A stretch of 64,000 nucleotides of DNA, taken from an uncultured delta proteobacterium. GTDB taxonomy: Bacteria; Desulfobacterota; Desulfomonilia; UBA1062. Made by a program: the position numbers and the translations under genes. The stretch covers positions 1-64,000 of the forward strand of contig CAWAUM010000012.1 in the NCBI GenBank assembly GCA_963785235.1, in the 5' to 3' direction. Below, in pieces: positions 31,193 through 41,362 of the stretch; within the stretch, counting starts at the first letter, position 1; the number at the start of each line of letters is the position of its first letter. The notes beneath the pieces are model-generated. The model saw nothing but the letters and a program-made list of their open reading frames with translations, was not told where the DNA came from and ran no database searches.

Positions 31193-32212
31193 TCAGAAAA
31201 CCGCATTGATAAGCAACGCCAGCACAAATGAAATGACTATCACACAGGAGACCAAGGTTATTGTGAGCCGAGGCCCCATTATTCTGAGAAGCATGGCAAT
31301 GGAGGTGGTACATACAGCTGTGGAGGTCAGCGAAAACGCCACGGCCGTGCCCATGGGCATCCCATGGTTCGTAAGCGGTCTGAGAAAAAGTATCTCCGCC
31401 CCGTTGCAGAAATAGAGCGGTACCCCTATGAGAATCCAGATGGCAATACCTGCCAGGCCACTGCCTGCTCTTTCATCCAGCAGAAAAGACCGGGGGCCGA
31501 GAAACTCAAGAAAAACCCCCAAAGCCCCCCCCACAAGGACATAGGGGAGCATCTTTTTAAAGATATCAAAGGTTTCGAGATAGACATCACTGCCCTGCGA
31601 AGAACAGGTCTCCATACAAACTCCCGGGACCATGGGAAGAAGGCTTCCGCTTTCCTTTCTGTTGAGAAAAGAGAGGATAAGCACGGTAGTCATGACCAGG
31701 ATAAAAGATGATATGATGCGGAGCATACCATAAGTGAATCCCAGGACGGAGAAAGAGAGTGCCAAGATGTAGGGGCTCAGAAGCGGTGCTGTGAGCACGA
31801 AGGACATGGTCGTTGCAAACTTCATCCGCCCCTTCATTGTGGAAAGCAAAGGGATGAGGGCACATGAACACAACGGGATAACCGAGGCATAAAAAAAAGC
31901 TGTTACAGGGTTGGTGGGATAGAACCGATGCAGCCGCTGAAACCATCTGCCTACCAGAATTGCGATAAATATCCCCACGAACACGATGACAACGGTCTCG
32001 AAGAAATATTCAAAAATAATGAACCACATCCTGGGCAGTGACTTGTAGAGAACACATCGCTCGCGATTTACATAGGATACGTCCTTGACGATCTTGTAGA
32101 TGATATCGGTTAACCAGATGGCGCTGCACAGAAAGACAGCAGCACGGATAAGGCGCTGTTTCAGTGTCAAAACCCCATCAGCTTTCATGAGATCAGTCTC
32201 GGGGTTCTCCAT
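31193..32212 (-). CDS. Predicted permease (ArsP/DUF318-like)
   Basis: IPLCSC..IP and GVPLYFC motifs, multiple TM segments. Confidence 0.75.
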   Translation of the reverse strand: MENPETDLMKADGVLTLKQRLIRAAVFLCSAIWLTDIIYKIVKDVSYVNRERCVLYKSLPRMWFIIFEYFFETVVIVFVGIFIAILVGRWFQRLHRFYPTNPVTAFFYASVIPLCSCALIPLLSTMKGRMKFATTMSFVLTAPLLSPYILALSFSVLGFTYGMLRIISSFILVMTTVLILSFLNRKESGSLLPMVPGVCMETCSSQGSDVYLETFDIFKKMLPYVLVGGALGVFLEFLGPRSFLLDERAGSGLAGIAIWILIGVPLYFCNGAEILFLRPLTNHGMPMGTAVAFSLTSTAVCTTSIAMLLRIMGPRLTITLVSCVIVISFVLALLINAVF

Positions 32213-32545
32213 CCGACCTTTTCCAACTCCCGCCAATTACTTCATTTGAACCCATCATGCAGATCCTGGGGTATCACTTGATGTTTTTAATACTAAATCC
32301 CCAGCGCATTTGGGCCGTAAGGCATCCATCACCTATTAAAACACTGTACCGCGAACAAGCCATACTTGTCGAAAAGAATATATAGCAACCTCTCAGGAGC
32401 TTGTGCTATAAAACAGGCAGGAGATGGCCGTTTTTTTGATATATAAACGTTCTCTGTTATTAGTGCGGTTTCCTTTCATTTACCTGAGTATGTAATTATT
32501 TTGAATTTGAGATTAACTCCAAAGGGTCCCCGCAAGGAGGTTTGT

Positions 32546-33529
32546 ATGGAGAGAATGCTTCCGGCACGCATCATCATCTTTTTCATCCTCTTGTCTCTCC
32601 TCACCCAGTGCAATGTATCCGGTCACCGCCCGGGCGAGCTGGCGGTAATCCCCGAATCGGCCAGGACCGTCACGTTCGGCGGCACCACCTGGTCGGATGT
32701 CGTATTCCAGCATACCCAGCATTCGGAGCACTACAAAGGGCAGTGCATAAAGTGTCATGACCATCAGGCCATAGCCGGGGAAACGCACTGGTATTGCAGG
32801 TCGTGCCACACAGCGGGCCAGGACAGCGAAAAACTCTGCAAGCCTGACCAGTATCATGGGTGCATCATGACCCAGTGCAGCAACTGCCATGAGACCAAGG
32901 GGGCAAACCCGGGAATGTCATGTGCAGGCTGCCATAAGGGAGGGGAAAAGGCCAAAAGTGCTGAATCTCCAGTTCCAGTTCCAGTTCCAACTCCAACTCC
33001 AGCTCCAACTCCAGCTCCAACACCAACTCCCGTTCCAACTCCTGAACTCCCTGCATCATTCTCAAAGACTTATGTGGGTTCAATAGACCAACAAAGCCAG
33101 GTGGATAACATCACGTTTAAAATCCTGGCACCAGGAAGCCTTGTGATCGATGTGGATGCGTGGGAGGGCTGTGGAAGCAAGGTAACTATTCCCACTGACC
33201 TATTCGCAGACGGAGTTTCTAATAATAGACTCAAAGCGAATATATACCTTTTCAACAATTCCGGGAGTCTTGTAGCCAGCAAGGTGGGCCAATATCCCGG
33301 AGAAGGGGCACCAGGCGCCCACTCTACACGAACCGGGCAAAGCCCATATCTTGCAATAAATATAACCACCGGCACTTACACCCTGGCCATCGGAAGTTAT
33401 CCCCTGAGTGAAGCCGACGCAAAGGCAGGTAATAATTCAGATGGTTCCTCCTGGACAAATTATGATGACTACCATCTGATCAATCTTTACAATAAGTATA
33501 GAGTAAAAGTCGTTTTCCAACTCCCATGA
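32546..33529 (+). CDS. Lipoprotein tetraheme cytochrome c (c3-like) fused via a Pro/Thr linker to a PPC-like beta-sandwich
   Basis: RBS AAGGAGG, LLTQC lipobox-like, V.F.H..H, four CxxCH (CIKCH, CRSCH, CSNCH, CAGCH), IYLFN..G and GTYTLAIGSY. Confidence 0.8.
   Translation: MERMLPARIIIFFILLSLLTQCNVSGHRPGELAVIPESARTVTFGGTTWSDVVFQHTQHSEHYKGQCIKCHDHQAIAGETHWYCRSCHTAGQDSEKLCKPDQYHGCIMTQCSNCHETKGANPGMSCAGCHKGGEKAKSAESPVPVPVPTPTPAPTPAPTPTPVPTPELPASFSKTYVGSIDQQSQVDNITFKILAPGSLVIDVDAWEGCGSKVTIPTDLFADGVSNNRLKANIYLFNNSGSLVASKVGQYPGEGAPGAHSTRTGQSPYLAINITTGTYTLAIGSYPLSEADAKAGNNSDGSSWTNYDDYHLINLYNKYRVKVVFQLP
32969..33043 (+). repeat. In-frame hexamer tandem repeat (CCARYT)n encoding a PV/PT/PA linker
   Basis: ccagtt x3, then ccaact/ccagct units, about 12 copies. 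Confidence 0.85.
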
Positions 33530-34434
33530 GAAGAATGAACATTATTACGGCCACTCATCAATCAGGGGTTTTGAATTGGGCACTATCCGGAGTGCCATCA
33601 TCCCAATACGGGTCCCAGCAGAATATGCCTGCCTCAAATAATTCCGGCACCTCCATAAGACTCGCCCGCATCCTGGCCATGATCTCTGTAGCCATTGTCC
33701 TGAGCGCCTGCAGCACCGCATCCCTTGGCTCATCCCACCCGGGCATCTCCCGGTCAGACCGCACTGGCCTGGCGGTGCTCAATTTGAAAAATGCCACGCC
33801 CAAGGACTCTGCCGGACAGTTCCAGCCCTGGGAATATGGCATCGCCACCATGCTGACCACAGACATTGAGGCCATTGGCATATTCAATGTCGTAGAGCGG
33901 GAGCGGCTCCTGGACATCGCCAGGGAGCTAGAACTCCAGAAGACCGATCTCGTGGACAAAGAGACGGCCGTTTCCATCGGCAAGATGACAGCGGCCACGT
34001 ATATCCTCACCGGCTCATTCACCGAGATGAACGGCCAGCTCAGGATCGCAGTGCAGATCTTCTCCGTGGAACAGGGCATCCAGCTGGGCGCGGCTTCCAT
34101 GACAGGCAAGACCGAGGAGTTTTTCCTTCTTGAAAAGAGGCTCTTCATCAAAGTCATCGAGTTCCTTGAAGTCATGATAACCGAAGAGAAAAGAGCACGG
34201 ATCATGGACACCATCGAGACCAAGTCCGTAGATGCCTCTTTGAAGAACTATTCCGGCGAGATGACCGTAGCAAAGGCGGGGACGCTGAGAAAGGCGGGAA
34301 GGGACGACGAGGCACTCAGGCTGCTGGGCCAGGCAAAAAAGGAGTTTTCAGAAGCGCTCGCTTACGATCCGGATTACGCACGGGCCAAGAACAATCTCGC
34401 AACGCTGGCAATGGCCATTCCCATAACACTGTAG
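33526..34434 (+). CDS. CsgG/HfaB/FlgO-fold lipoprotein with C-terminal TPR
   Basis: Lipobox LSAC, VVERERL..I..EL.LQ...LVD..TAV.IGK, ALAYDPDYARA. True start is probably downstream of 33526. Confidence 0.8.
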   Translation: MRRMNIITATHQSGVLNWALSGVPSSQYGSQQNMPASNNSGTSIRLARILAMISVAIVLSACSTASLGSSHPGISRSDRTGLAVLNLKNATPKDSAGQFQPWEYGIATMLTTDIEAIGIFNVVERERLLDIARELELQKTDLVDKETAVSIGKMTAATYILTGSFTEMNGQLRIAVQIFSVEQGIQLGAASMTGKTEEFFLLEKRLFIKVIEFLEVMITEEKRARIMDTIETKSVDASLKNYSGEMTVAKAGTLRKAGRDDEALRLLGQAKKEFSEALAYDPDYARAKNNLATLAMAIPITL

Positions 34435-34494
34435 GGGATCGTTCCGGCATCATGAAAAAGGATTGCGGATAGGATGATAAAAGGGGGTTATGCC

Positions 34495-35355
34495 ATGAAG
34501 AAGGCATGGGGGGTAATCGGAATACTGGCTGTCATTCTTGCTGTGCCTCTCACACACACTCATGCCGGCACCTTTATGGTCGGCGCCAAGTACTGGTATG
34601 CACAGTGGGACTCGGCTGTTCTGGACTGGTTTGAAAAGGATATCGGGGTGGGGTTCAAGGCCCTGGGAGTAACCCTGAACTCTGATATCGATACCGGGAC
34701 CGGATACATGGCCGGGCCTGTCTTCGGCTATCAGACCGATGACAAATCCTGGTCGTTCAGCTTCGCTCCCATGGCGCTCAGCTCTTTTTCCCAGGATTGG
34801 AAGGGCACGGCAGGCAGCATGATCCTCAAAACCGATATAGACACGACCCGCAGGGATTACGATCTGGCCGCCACTTATTCGCTCTCGCAGTATAAAGAGA
34901 AACTGCCGTTCCTTGAATATTGCAGGGTCTATGCAGGGTTCAAGTACCAGACCGTGAAGTATGACCTGAAACTTGACTACAATACCGAGATGGGTGATGT
35001 CACCTATGACTATAAGCTCGATGCAAAGGTCAGCATGCCCACACTCGGCGCCGGAGTGGTATACCCGGTATCCGACAAGCTCGTGCTCGGGCTGCAGGGC
35101 GGAGTGGGCCTGGCTCTCATCGACCTGAAGATGAAAGACCCCTACCATGTTACCTTTGATATTGATCCCGATTATTCTTTCATGTTCAATGCCGAAGGGA
35201 GTGTGAACTTCCTGCCCATGAACAACCTGATTTTGCAGCTTGGCCTGAGGTATCAGGAATGGTACCTGAAAGCCCGGAGCCCGCAGCGTTGGGACAAGAC
35301 CGAATCCCGGGATAGATCCTTTGGCCCGACACTGACCGCGGTGTATACATTCTGA
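34495..35355 (+). CDS. Outer-membrane beta-barrel protein
   Basis: Signal peptide, alternating aromatic strands, C-terminal TAVYTF BAM signal. Confidence 0.75.
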   Translation: MKKAWGVIGILAVILAVPLTHTHAGTFMVGAKYWYAQWDSAVLDWFEKDIGVGFKALGVTLNSDIDTGTGYMAGPVFGYQTDDKSWSFSFAPMALSSFSQDWKGTAGSMILKTDIDTTRRDYDLAATYSLSQYKEKLPFLEYCRVYAGFKYQTVKYDLKLDYNTEMGDVTYDYKLDAKVSMPTLGAGVVYPVSDKLVLGLQGGVGLALIDLKMKDPYHVTFDIDPDYSFMFNAEGSVNFLPMNNLILQLGLRYQEWYLKARSPQRWDKTESRDRSFGPTLTAVYTF

Positions 35356-35398
35356 TAGCTTGCTGTTATAAAACACCCTCGTCCCTGGAGTTTATGAT

Positions 35399-36310
35399 AT
35401 GCACCGAGAGATCCCAGACATCGCCATCATGTTCGTTGATATATCGGGCAGCACGAGTTTGTACGAAACCCTTGGAAATGAGCCTGCCTATAAGCTGGTG
35501 ACCAAGTGCATATCCATCCTTTCGAATATCATTGACCAGCACAAGGGCACACTCATCAAGACCATCGGCGATGAAGTCATGTGCACCTTTTCCGATGCCT
35601 GCCAGGCAATAAACGCTGCAATCAAGATGAACAACAGCTTCGAGGACATTTTCAAGACCCGTCTGAAAAAAAACCTCAGGCCGAGCCTGCGCATCGGGCT
35701 ACATACCGGCAGGGTGATCAGGCAGGACAATGACGTGTTCGGTGATGCAGTGAACATGGCCGCACGGATGGTGTCACTTGCAAAACCCAAACAGATCCTC
35801 GCGACCCAGGAGATGATCGATGAACTCCCTTCAGATTTGCAGGAAAAGTCCAGGTTTGTGGACAAGACAAGGATAAAGGGCAAGGACGGCGAGTTCAACA
35901 TTTATGAGGTTATCTGGAACGTGGGCGACATGACCCTCGTGCTGTTCGACGGCACAGACAGCCAGGACCAATGCGAGCGCCTCCACCTCAGGTACGGGAA
36001 AAAAGATGTCTACATGGACAAGGACAGGCCTGCCTTGATGCTGGGCAGGCTGCCCGAGAACGACCTGATCGTGGATGACGACATTGCCTCGCGCTTTCAT
36101 GCACGCATCGAATACCACCGGGGCAAGTTCGTGCTCATCGACCAGAGCTCAAACGGAACCTATGTCTTCCCGGACGGACAGAAGCCCGCCTATATCCATC
36201 ATGATGAATGCGTACTGAGCAGCTGCGGCTACATCAGCCTGGGGCGCGAAGCCAAGGCCGGGTCTGTGGATATGATACGCTTCTCCTGTAACAAAACGGC
36301 CCTGCGTTGA
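35399..36310 (+). CDS. Class III adenylate cyclase + FHA domain
   Basis: MFVDISGST, KTIGDEVM (Lys suggests ATP specificity), DVFGDAVNMAAR. FHA motifs LGR, SRFHA, SSNGT. Confidence 0.9.
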   Translation: MHREIPDIAIMFVDISGSTSLYETLGNEPAYKLVTKCISILSNIIDQHKGTLIKTIGDEVMCTFSDACQAINAAIKMNNSFEDIFKTRLKKNLRPSLRIGLHTGRVIRQDNDVFGDAVNMAARMVSLAKPKQILATQEMIDELPSDLQEKSRFVDKTRIKGKDGEFNIYEVIWNVGDMTLVLFDGTDSQDQCERLHLRYGKKDVYMDKDRPALMLGRLPENDLIVDDDIASRFHARIEYHRGKFVLIDQSSNGTYVFPDGQKPAYIHHDECVLSSCGYISLGREAKAGSVDMIRFSCNKTALR

Positions 36311-36328
36311 ATCGCAGGGCCGTTCTTT
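36295..36328 (+). terminator. Intrinsic terminator overlapping the cyclase stop codon
   Basis: AACGGCCCTGCG-TTGAAT-CGCAGGGCCGTT-CTTT. Confidence 0.65.
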
Positions 36329-36368
36329 CTCAATGTTTTGACCAGTCGGACTATACTGGGAAAAACTG

Positions 36369-36392
36369 ATCGCGGCTTAAGCCGCTCCTACA
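36369..36392 (-). repeat. Single GTAG-type REP
   Basis: Minus strand TGTAGGAGCGGCTTAAGCCGCGAT between convergent genes. Confidence 0.6.
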
Positions 36393-36431
36393 GCATATCT
36401 CCTCTGTCGGCATACAACATCCTGGCCGTAA

Positions 36432-36953
36432 TCATTTTGTTTTCAACAGCTCAACGGCTGCATCGCGGGCTGCCTTGATCCAGCCGGCAATATCATTGGC
36501 CCCTGCCGTCATCTTTGCCGTCCTGATAACCTTACCGGTTGCCACATCGACCATTCTCAGGTCCAGGCGCATGGTATTTCCCACTACCATATAACCTCCG
36601 AAGACCATCTCGCGGGCCCCGATCATTTTGCCCACCTTCAGCCTGGTGGATTCATCAGCCAGTTCCGAAGAACCCAGCTTGAGCTCCTCGAGCATTGCAA
36701 CGAGCTTTTCCCGTTCAACCACCTGGATGTCGGAAGACTGCAGGGTCTGGATGATCTCACCTGCCAGGACCTGACCGAGGTCCGGCCTGCCGGAATCTTT
36801 AAAGCTCAGGTTCTCCGGGTCCCATACTGCCACGGCACTGATGACCGGCTGCTCGGCTGTAGTGGCGCACCCCACGAAAGCGCCTATCCATACGGCCAGG
36901 CAGACCAGCATCATGGCCTGACTATAGAGGGCTATGCCCCTATTCTTTAACAT
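36432..36953 (-). CDS. CsgG/HfaB-fold lipoprotein
   Basis: Lipobox FVGC, VVEREKL..MLEELKLGSSELADE.T.LKVGKMIGA, DLRMVDVATG. Confidence 0.8.
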   Translation of the reverse strand: MLKNRGIALYSQAMMLVCLAVWIGAFVGCATTAEQPVISAVAVWDPENLSFKDSGRPDLGQVLAGEIIQTLQSSDIQVVEREKLVAMLEELKLGSSELADESTRLKVGKMIGAREMVFGGYMVVGNTMRLDLRMVDVATGKVIRTAKMTAGANDIAGWIKAARDAAVELLKTK

Positions 36954-38883
36954 CTTCAACCTTTTCAATGATCTTGTCATCCTTGGTGATTGATCTCTTC
37001 TTGCTCACAATGCTGCAATAGGCCAGCCCGGGCTCGGTCCTGGTCACCTCGAGCTCGCCCACCACGTTCGGTGATGATTTGAGTTTCTTGCCCTTGTACT
37101 CTATCTCCTTGCCGCCTTCGATGACATTGAACTTTGTCCCTGCCACCACCCCCTGGTCCATGCCCAGGTTGATCATGGCCTTGCCGTCGGTGACGTCGAC
37201 CACATAGGCGTGCAGGGGATATTCCTTGATGATTGCGCCTAAGATCTGCCGGTTGAGCATAAATATATCCTTGGTCTGCAGTCCGCCTGAGGCCATCTGC
37301 AGGGTGATAACCTTGGCGATGGAGGTGGTCTCGGTGTCTATGAGGCGCATGTTCAGCAGCGTGCCTTCAGGCATAGTGAACATGGTGCCGGTGCCCATGA
37401 CCCGGGCCGCAAGCACGCGGCCGAGCTTCAGAGAGGTCTCGGGGTCGGCCAGTTCGGAAGAGCCGAGGTTAAGCTCTTCTAAAAGCTTGTCCAGCAGCAC
37501 GCGGTCCACCACCTTCACCCTGCCCGAGGCCTTGAGCTGCTCTCCGAGCTGGGCGGTGAGCACGGTGGACATGCCTTCCCGTTCCGAGAGGCCGCCGGTC
37601 TCCTGAAAGTCCACAAAGGAAAGCACCATGGGGGCCGATGTCCACGTATCTTCGGGCTTCGGCTGCTTCTGCTGGGTCCTGAACCGTTCCGCCAGGTCCT
37701 TCACAAGCTTGTCCACACGGTCCTTCCGGGCTGAGTCCTTCTGGTATGCGAGCATCTCAGAGGCCCTTGCTGCAAGGACCCTGGAAAAGGTGTCATCCTT
37801 GTTTACACTCTGGCCCTGCTTGTACGAATCAAGGGCCTTGTCCCACTTGCCCTCCTTCTCGTAGGCCACGCCCTTGTTGGCCATGGCCTCCACATAGTAG
37901 GGGTCAAGGGCCACTGCCTGGTCATAGAGGTCGCGCGACTTCTTGTAGTCCTTTACGCTGGCATAGAGGCGGCCCAGCTTGTTGTAGGCGACAGCCTTCT
38001 GATAGGTCTCGGCATCGCCCTTTTTCGTGGCGGCCTCATATTCGGCCTGTGCCTCCTTTTTCCTGTTCTGAGAGTAGAGGACGTCGGCCTTCACCACGTG
38101 TGCATATGCCCGGTTGGGCGCCTTCTTCTCAACCTCACCGGCCAGCACCAGGGCCTTGTCGGCCTTACCCTGCTTCGCATAAACAGCTGCCAGGCCTTCC
38201 TTGCCCAGGATCTCGGCCAGGCCTTTTCCCTTGGCCATAGCAGCAAAGGTCTTTTCCGCATCTCCCACCTTGCCTGCCTTCAACGCCGCATACCCGTTCA
38301 CGGCCCTGGCCTGGTCATTGTCCGGGTTGTTCCTGGCCACGTCATCGCTGATGGCCAGCGCTACAGCCGTGTCCTTCTGCTGGAGCTTGCGTTCGGCCAG
38401 CCTCACCAGCATGACGCTCATGGTCTTGCCGCCGCCCTGAAAGACATCCAGCACCTTCAGGTCGGGCCCTATGATGCAGACCGTGGGCAGGATGGCCTTG
38501 GCGTTGTATTTCTCACTCACCGAGGCGGTGTCGAGCAGAATGGGGAAAGACGGTTTTGTCTTGGCCGCAAAGTCGGCTGAGAGGGCCTTGGTGGAACGGG
38601 TGACCCCCCATACGACGAGCTGTGCATTTTTATACTTCTTGGCAATCTGGTCCAGGCTCAACAGCCCTTCCTGGGAAGGCCTTGATGCTGCATCGAAGAA
38701 ATAGAGCACCACCATGGGGCCCTTCTTCATAGCAGACAGGTCATGTTTATTTCCCCCCAGGTCCTGAAGCGAGAAGACCGGGGCTGTCTGGCCGGCAGCC
38801 AGGGCATGGCACAGCGGCGCCCCCGAGACAAACATCGCCAGGGCCAGCACCAGACACACGATTATCCGACTGATATGCTTCAT
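36940..38883 (-). CDS. Secreted redoxin-like + TPR + CsgG-fold + FlgT-C-like multidomain protein
   Basis: Signal peptide, APVFSLQDL.G (redoxin, CxxC replaced by SRPS), TPRs, VVDR..LDKLLEELNLGSSELAD, INLG.DQGV..G. Confidence 0.8.
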   Translation of the reverse strand: MKHISRIIVCLVLALAMFVSGAPLCHALAAGQTAPVFSLQDLGGNKHDLSAMKKGPMVVLYFFDAASRPSQEGLLSLDQIAKKYKNAQLVVWGVTRSTKALSADFAAKTKPSFPILLDTASVSEKYNAKAILPTVCIIGPDLKVLDVFQGGGKTMSVMLVRLAERKLQQKDTAVALAISDDVARNNPDNDQARAVNGYAALKAGKVGDAEKTFAAMAKGKGLAEILGKEGLAAVYAKQGKADKALVLAGEVEKKAPNRAYAHVVKADVLYSQNRKKEAQAEYEAATKKGDAETYQKAVAYNKLGRLYASVKDYKKSRDLYDQAVALDPYYVEAMANKGVAYEKEGKWDKALDSYKQGQSVNKDDTFSRVLAARASEMLAYQKDSARKDRVDKLVKDLAERFRTQQKQPKPEDTWTSAPMVLSFVDFQETGGLSEREGMSTVLTAQLGEQLKASGRVKVVDRVLLDKLLEELNLGSSELADPETSLKLGRVLAARVMGTGTMFTMPEGTLLNMRLIDTETTSIAKVITLQMASGGLQTKDIFMLNRQILGAIIKEYPLHAYVVDVTDGKAMINLGMDQGVVAGTKFNVIEGGKEIEYKGKKLKSSPNVVGELEVTRTEPGLAYCSIVSKKRSITKDDKIIEKVEDVKE

Positions 38884-39015
38884 ATTCTTCCTCCTCCTTG
38901 ATTTCCCGTTTCCATAATAAAGATTCTCCACGGATTGGCAAGCCGGAAACGAATCCATCCGGCCCTCATTTCTTATCAGGCAGGGTGAAAAAGCTCCCAT
39001 TGCCGCACTGGCTTC

Positions 39016-39981
39016 TCAGACATGGTTCCTCAGCATCAGCTCCATGGGGTGCGGCTGCAGGAACAGCTGGCCCATCAGATAGGGGCTCTGATATTTCCGT
39101 ATGTAGTGGTTCATCAGGGTGACCGGGACAATGAGCGGGACAAGCCCGTCATGGTAGTGCCCGATGAGCCCCTTGAGCTCGGCCTTTTCATCCATCCCGA
39201 GCTCCTTCTTGAAATACCCCATCATGTGCATGAGCACATTGGTGTTCTTTTTGACCGTTGCGATCTTTTTCAGGGCCGTGATGAAAGGCCCGAAATAGGC
39301 GTCATAGAGTTCAGGCTGGGAATATGACTTCCCGTGGGCAACCAGAGCGCCGAGTTCCTTGAGGGTCTTGGGGCAGTGGGCCATGAGCAGATACTTGTGA
39401 GACGCATGGAAAGCCATCAGGTCCTTCAGCGATCTCTGTCTCCCCACCAGTTCATGCCAGCGGTGCATGACAAAGATGCGCTCAATGAAGTTTTCCCGGA
39501 GTCCTGCATCCTGAAGCCTTCCGTCTTCCTCCACGGGGAGCAGGGGGAACCGGGCCGTGAACCCTGCGGCGAACACGCCCACTGCGTTGTTCGCAGCACC
39601 ACCTTCTTTGTACACCTTGACCCGCATGAGCCCCGAACTGGGGGACCTGGACTTGAAGATGAACCCGCAGAGATTCATGCCGGACAATGCATCGAGCCTG
39701 GGGCCCATCCAGGACTTCATCTTGTGTGTCATATCCTTGCCGGTCTGCCTGGTTACGAGTCTGATCCCGCCACCTTCCTCCACCAGGTGTACAGCCTCGC
39801 GGGGTATGCCCATCCCGCATTCCACTTCGGGGCATACCGGTACAAAGTCGACATACCTGCCCAGCACATCTCTGAGATACCGGTCGAGCTTGTGCCCCCC
39901 GTCATACCGCACGTTCTCGCCCAGCAGGCAGGTGCTTATCCCTATGAGTGGCTTATCCGTCATGGTAGAAGCGAATTTCAT
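39016..39981 (-). CDS. YbgA / DUF523-DUF1722 (2-thiouracil desulfurase-like) protein
   Basis: IGIS.CLLGENVRYDGGH, CPEVECGMG.PRE, KS.SPS, FH..HKYLLMAH. Confidence 0.9.
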   Translation of the reverse strand: MKFASTMTDKPLIGISTCLLGENVRYDGGHKLDRYLRDVLGRYVDFVPVCPEVECGMGIPREAVHLVEEGGGIRLVTRQTGKDMTHKMKSWMGPRLDALSGMNLCGFIFKSRSPSSGLMRVKVYKEGGAANNAVGVFAAGFTARFPLLPVEEDGRLQDAGLRENFIERIFVMHRWHELVGRQRSLKDLMAFHASHKYLLMAHCPKTLKELGALVAHGKSYSQPELYDAYFGPFITALKKIATVKKNTNVLMHMMGYFKKELGMDEKAELKGLIGHYHDGLVPLIVPVTLMNHYIRKYQSPYLMGQLFLQPHPMELMLRNHV

Positions 39982-40025
39982 GTCTGGTAAAAAAGTATCG
40001 GGCCTTGAAACTTGACGTAGAGCAT

Positions 40026-40376
40026 TCAGCCCATAAGTTTTCGAAGCTCAGTGGCATCAAAAACCAGCCGAATGGATTTAATCTTGCCGCCTGTTACCGA
40101 AAAGAACTCAGCTGTTCTGATCACACCTGCAGGGCTCATAGTGTCGCAATCATAGAGCAAAGCGGCTCCAGTTTCAGAAAAGAAACTTTGAATTACGTTG
40201 ATTCCCCGAAGCATCTTTTGGAACATAGTGAGCGTAGCGATAAAGTCATCAGCCCTGCGGAAGGTATCAATGCTTCCTTGAAATTCCAAATCATCTGCCA
40301 GGTGAACGCGTGCTGCCTCCATATCACCGCTCGTCCAAGCATTATGATAATCTGTCACAACCTGCTTCGTATCCAT
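40026..40376 (-). CDS. SnoaL/NTF2-like protein (cassette)
   Basis: Y..AW..GD......LADD..F.G, E.F.V.GGKI..I...FD. Confidence 0.8.
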   Translation of the reverse strand: MDTKQVVTDYHNAWTSGDMEAARVHLADDLEFQGSIDTFRRADDFIATLTMFQKMLRGINVIQSFFSETGAALLYDCDTMSPAGVIRTAEFFSVTGGKIKSIRLVFDATELRKLMG

Positions 40377-40434
40377 GATCCATCCTCCTTTACTTCTCTG
40401 TTATCTTAACATCATTGAGGTACAGATCTAGGGT

Positions 40435-40494
40435 GCCCACCGTGAAAGCTTATGCGACGCGGCTCAGCCGCGTTCCCTGGAGCGCCACTGGCCC
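40435..40494 (-). other. Decayed attC
   Basis: GCCCAC-CGTGAAAGCTTATGCGACGCGGCTCAGCCGCG...GAGCGCCACTGGCC. Central hairpin present, core triplets mutated. Confidence 0.45.
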
Positions 40495-40497
40495 TGT

Positions 40498-41268
40498 TTA
40501 AAACTCCATTAATTCTCCATCTTCCGGGATCATTACCTTGCCGGACAATCCTTCTCTTGAAACAGCATCTCTGAGTATATCACGAGTTGTTAAACAATGA
40601 TTGAAGGCATCAAGATGCACGGCTATGACCTTACCAGGTGCGGCTCTCATAAAATCCAACTGCTCATTGAGAGGCATAAGAATGGGTCTGCCAAAATCAA
40701 GGGTTGCTGTTCCTGCATTTACTATTGATATATCAGGTCGAAGGTCTTTCAGTATCTGCCTGACAGTTTGCGTCATAACGGTATCACCGCTGATGTAAAT
40801 AGATCTGTCTCCCGGCAGTTCAATGAAATACCCTGCTCCCGGCCTCATGAGCATACCGGCTAAACCGTGTCCATGGGCAGTAGGAAAAGGGGTAATGCTC
40901 CCTGTGAGAAATTGACTTCTCTTATTCATTGTAAGGGGGATTGTATTGATGCGGCGGCGTCTCAGATACGGCTCATCAAGGGAATTGCAATATGCAGGGA
41001 CCTGTTTCTGTGCCAGCAGGCGGACCCCTGATTTATCAAGATGATCAAAATGTCCGTAACGGCAATGGGTGATGAGTCCGGAGGTAATTTGACTTAATAC
41101 GGATTTCGAGTCCGGGGGTAAATCAACGAGAGGGTTAAGTCGAGGTCTCTTGCGGAAAAGCGTATATGGCGGCAAACTGCCTTTCGGATTCAGGCAGGGA
41201 TCCACTAAGATTCTATGCTCATCATAATGAATGATCATGCATGCATTGCGGAGATGGTGTATCTTCAT
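40498..41268 (-). CDS. Metallo-beta-lactamase-fold hydrolase (cassette)
   Basis: RNA...I.....ILVDP, TH....HFDHLD, YISGDT, VHLDAFNH. Confidence 0.85.
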   Translation of the reverse strand: MKIHHLRNACMIIHYDEHRILVDPCLNPKGSLPPYTLFRKRPRLNPLVDLPPDSKSVLSQITSGLITHCRYGHFDHLDKSGVRLLAQKQVPAYCNSLDEPYLRRRRINTIPLTMNKRSQFLTGSITPFPTAHGHGLAGMLMRPGAGYFIELPGDRSIYISGDTVMTQTVRQILKDLRPDISIVNAGTATLDFGRPILMPLNEQLDFMRAAPGKVIAVHLDAFNHCLTTRDILRDAVSREGLSGKVMIPEDGELMEF

Positions 41269-41288
41269 AAATCAACCCCCGAGTGTGA

Positions 41289-41338
41289 GGCCAAGGAGCA
41301 GATCAACCGAGGCCGTCGGCTGGATTTGCCGGTTGATC
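41289..41338 (-). other. Decayed attC
   Basis: GGCCAAG...GATCAACCGAGGCCGTCGGCTGGATTTGCCGGTTGATC, related to the attCs at 43550 and 45881. Confidence 0.5.
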
Positions 41339-41362
41339 CAGCCATAGACATCTTTCCAAAGC

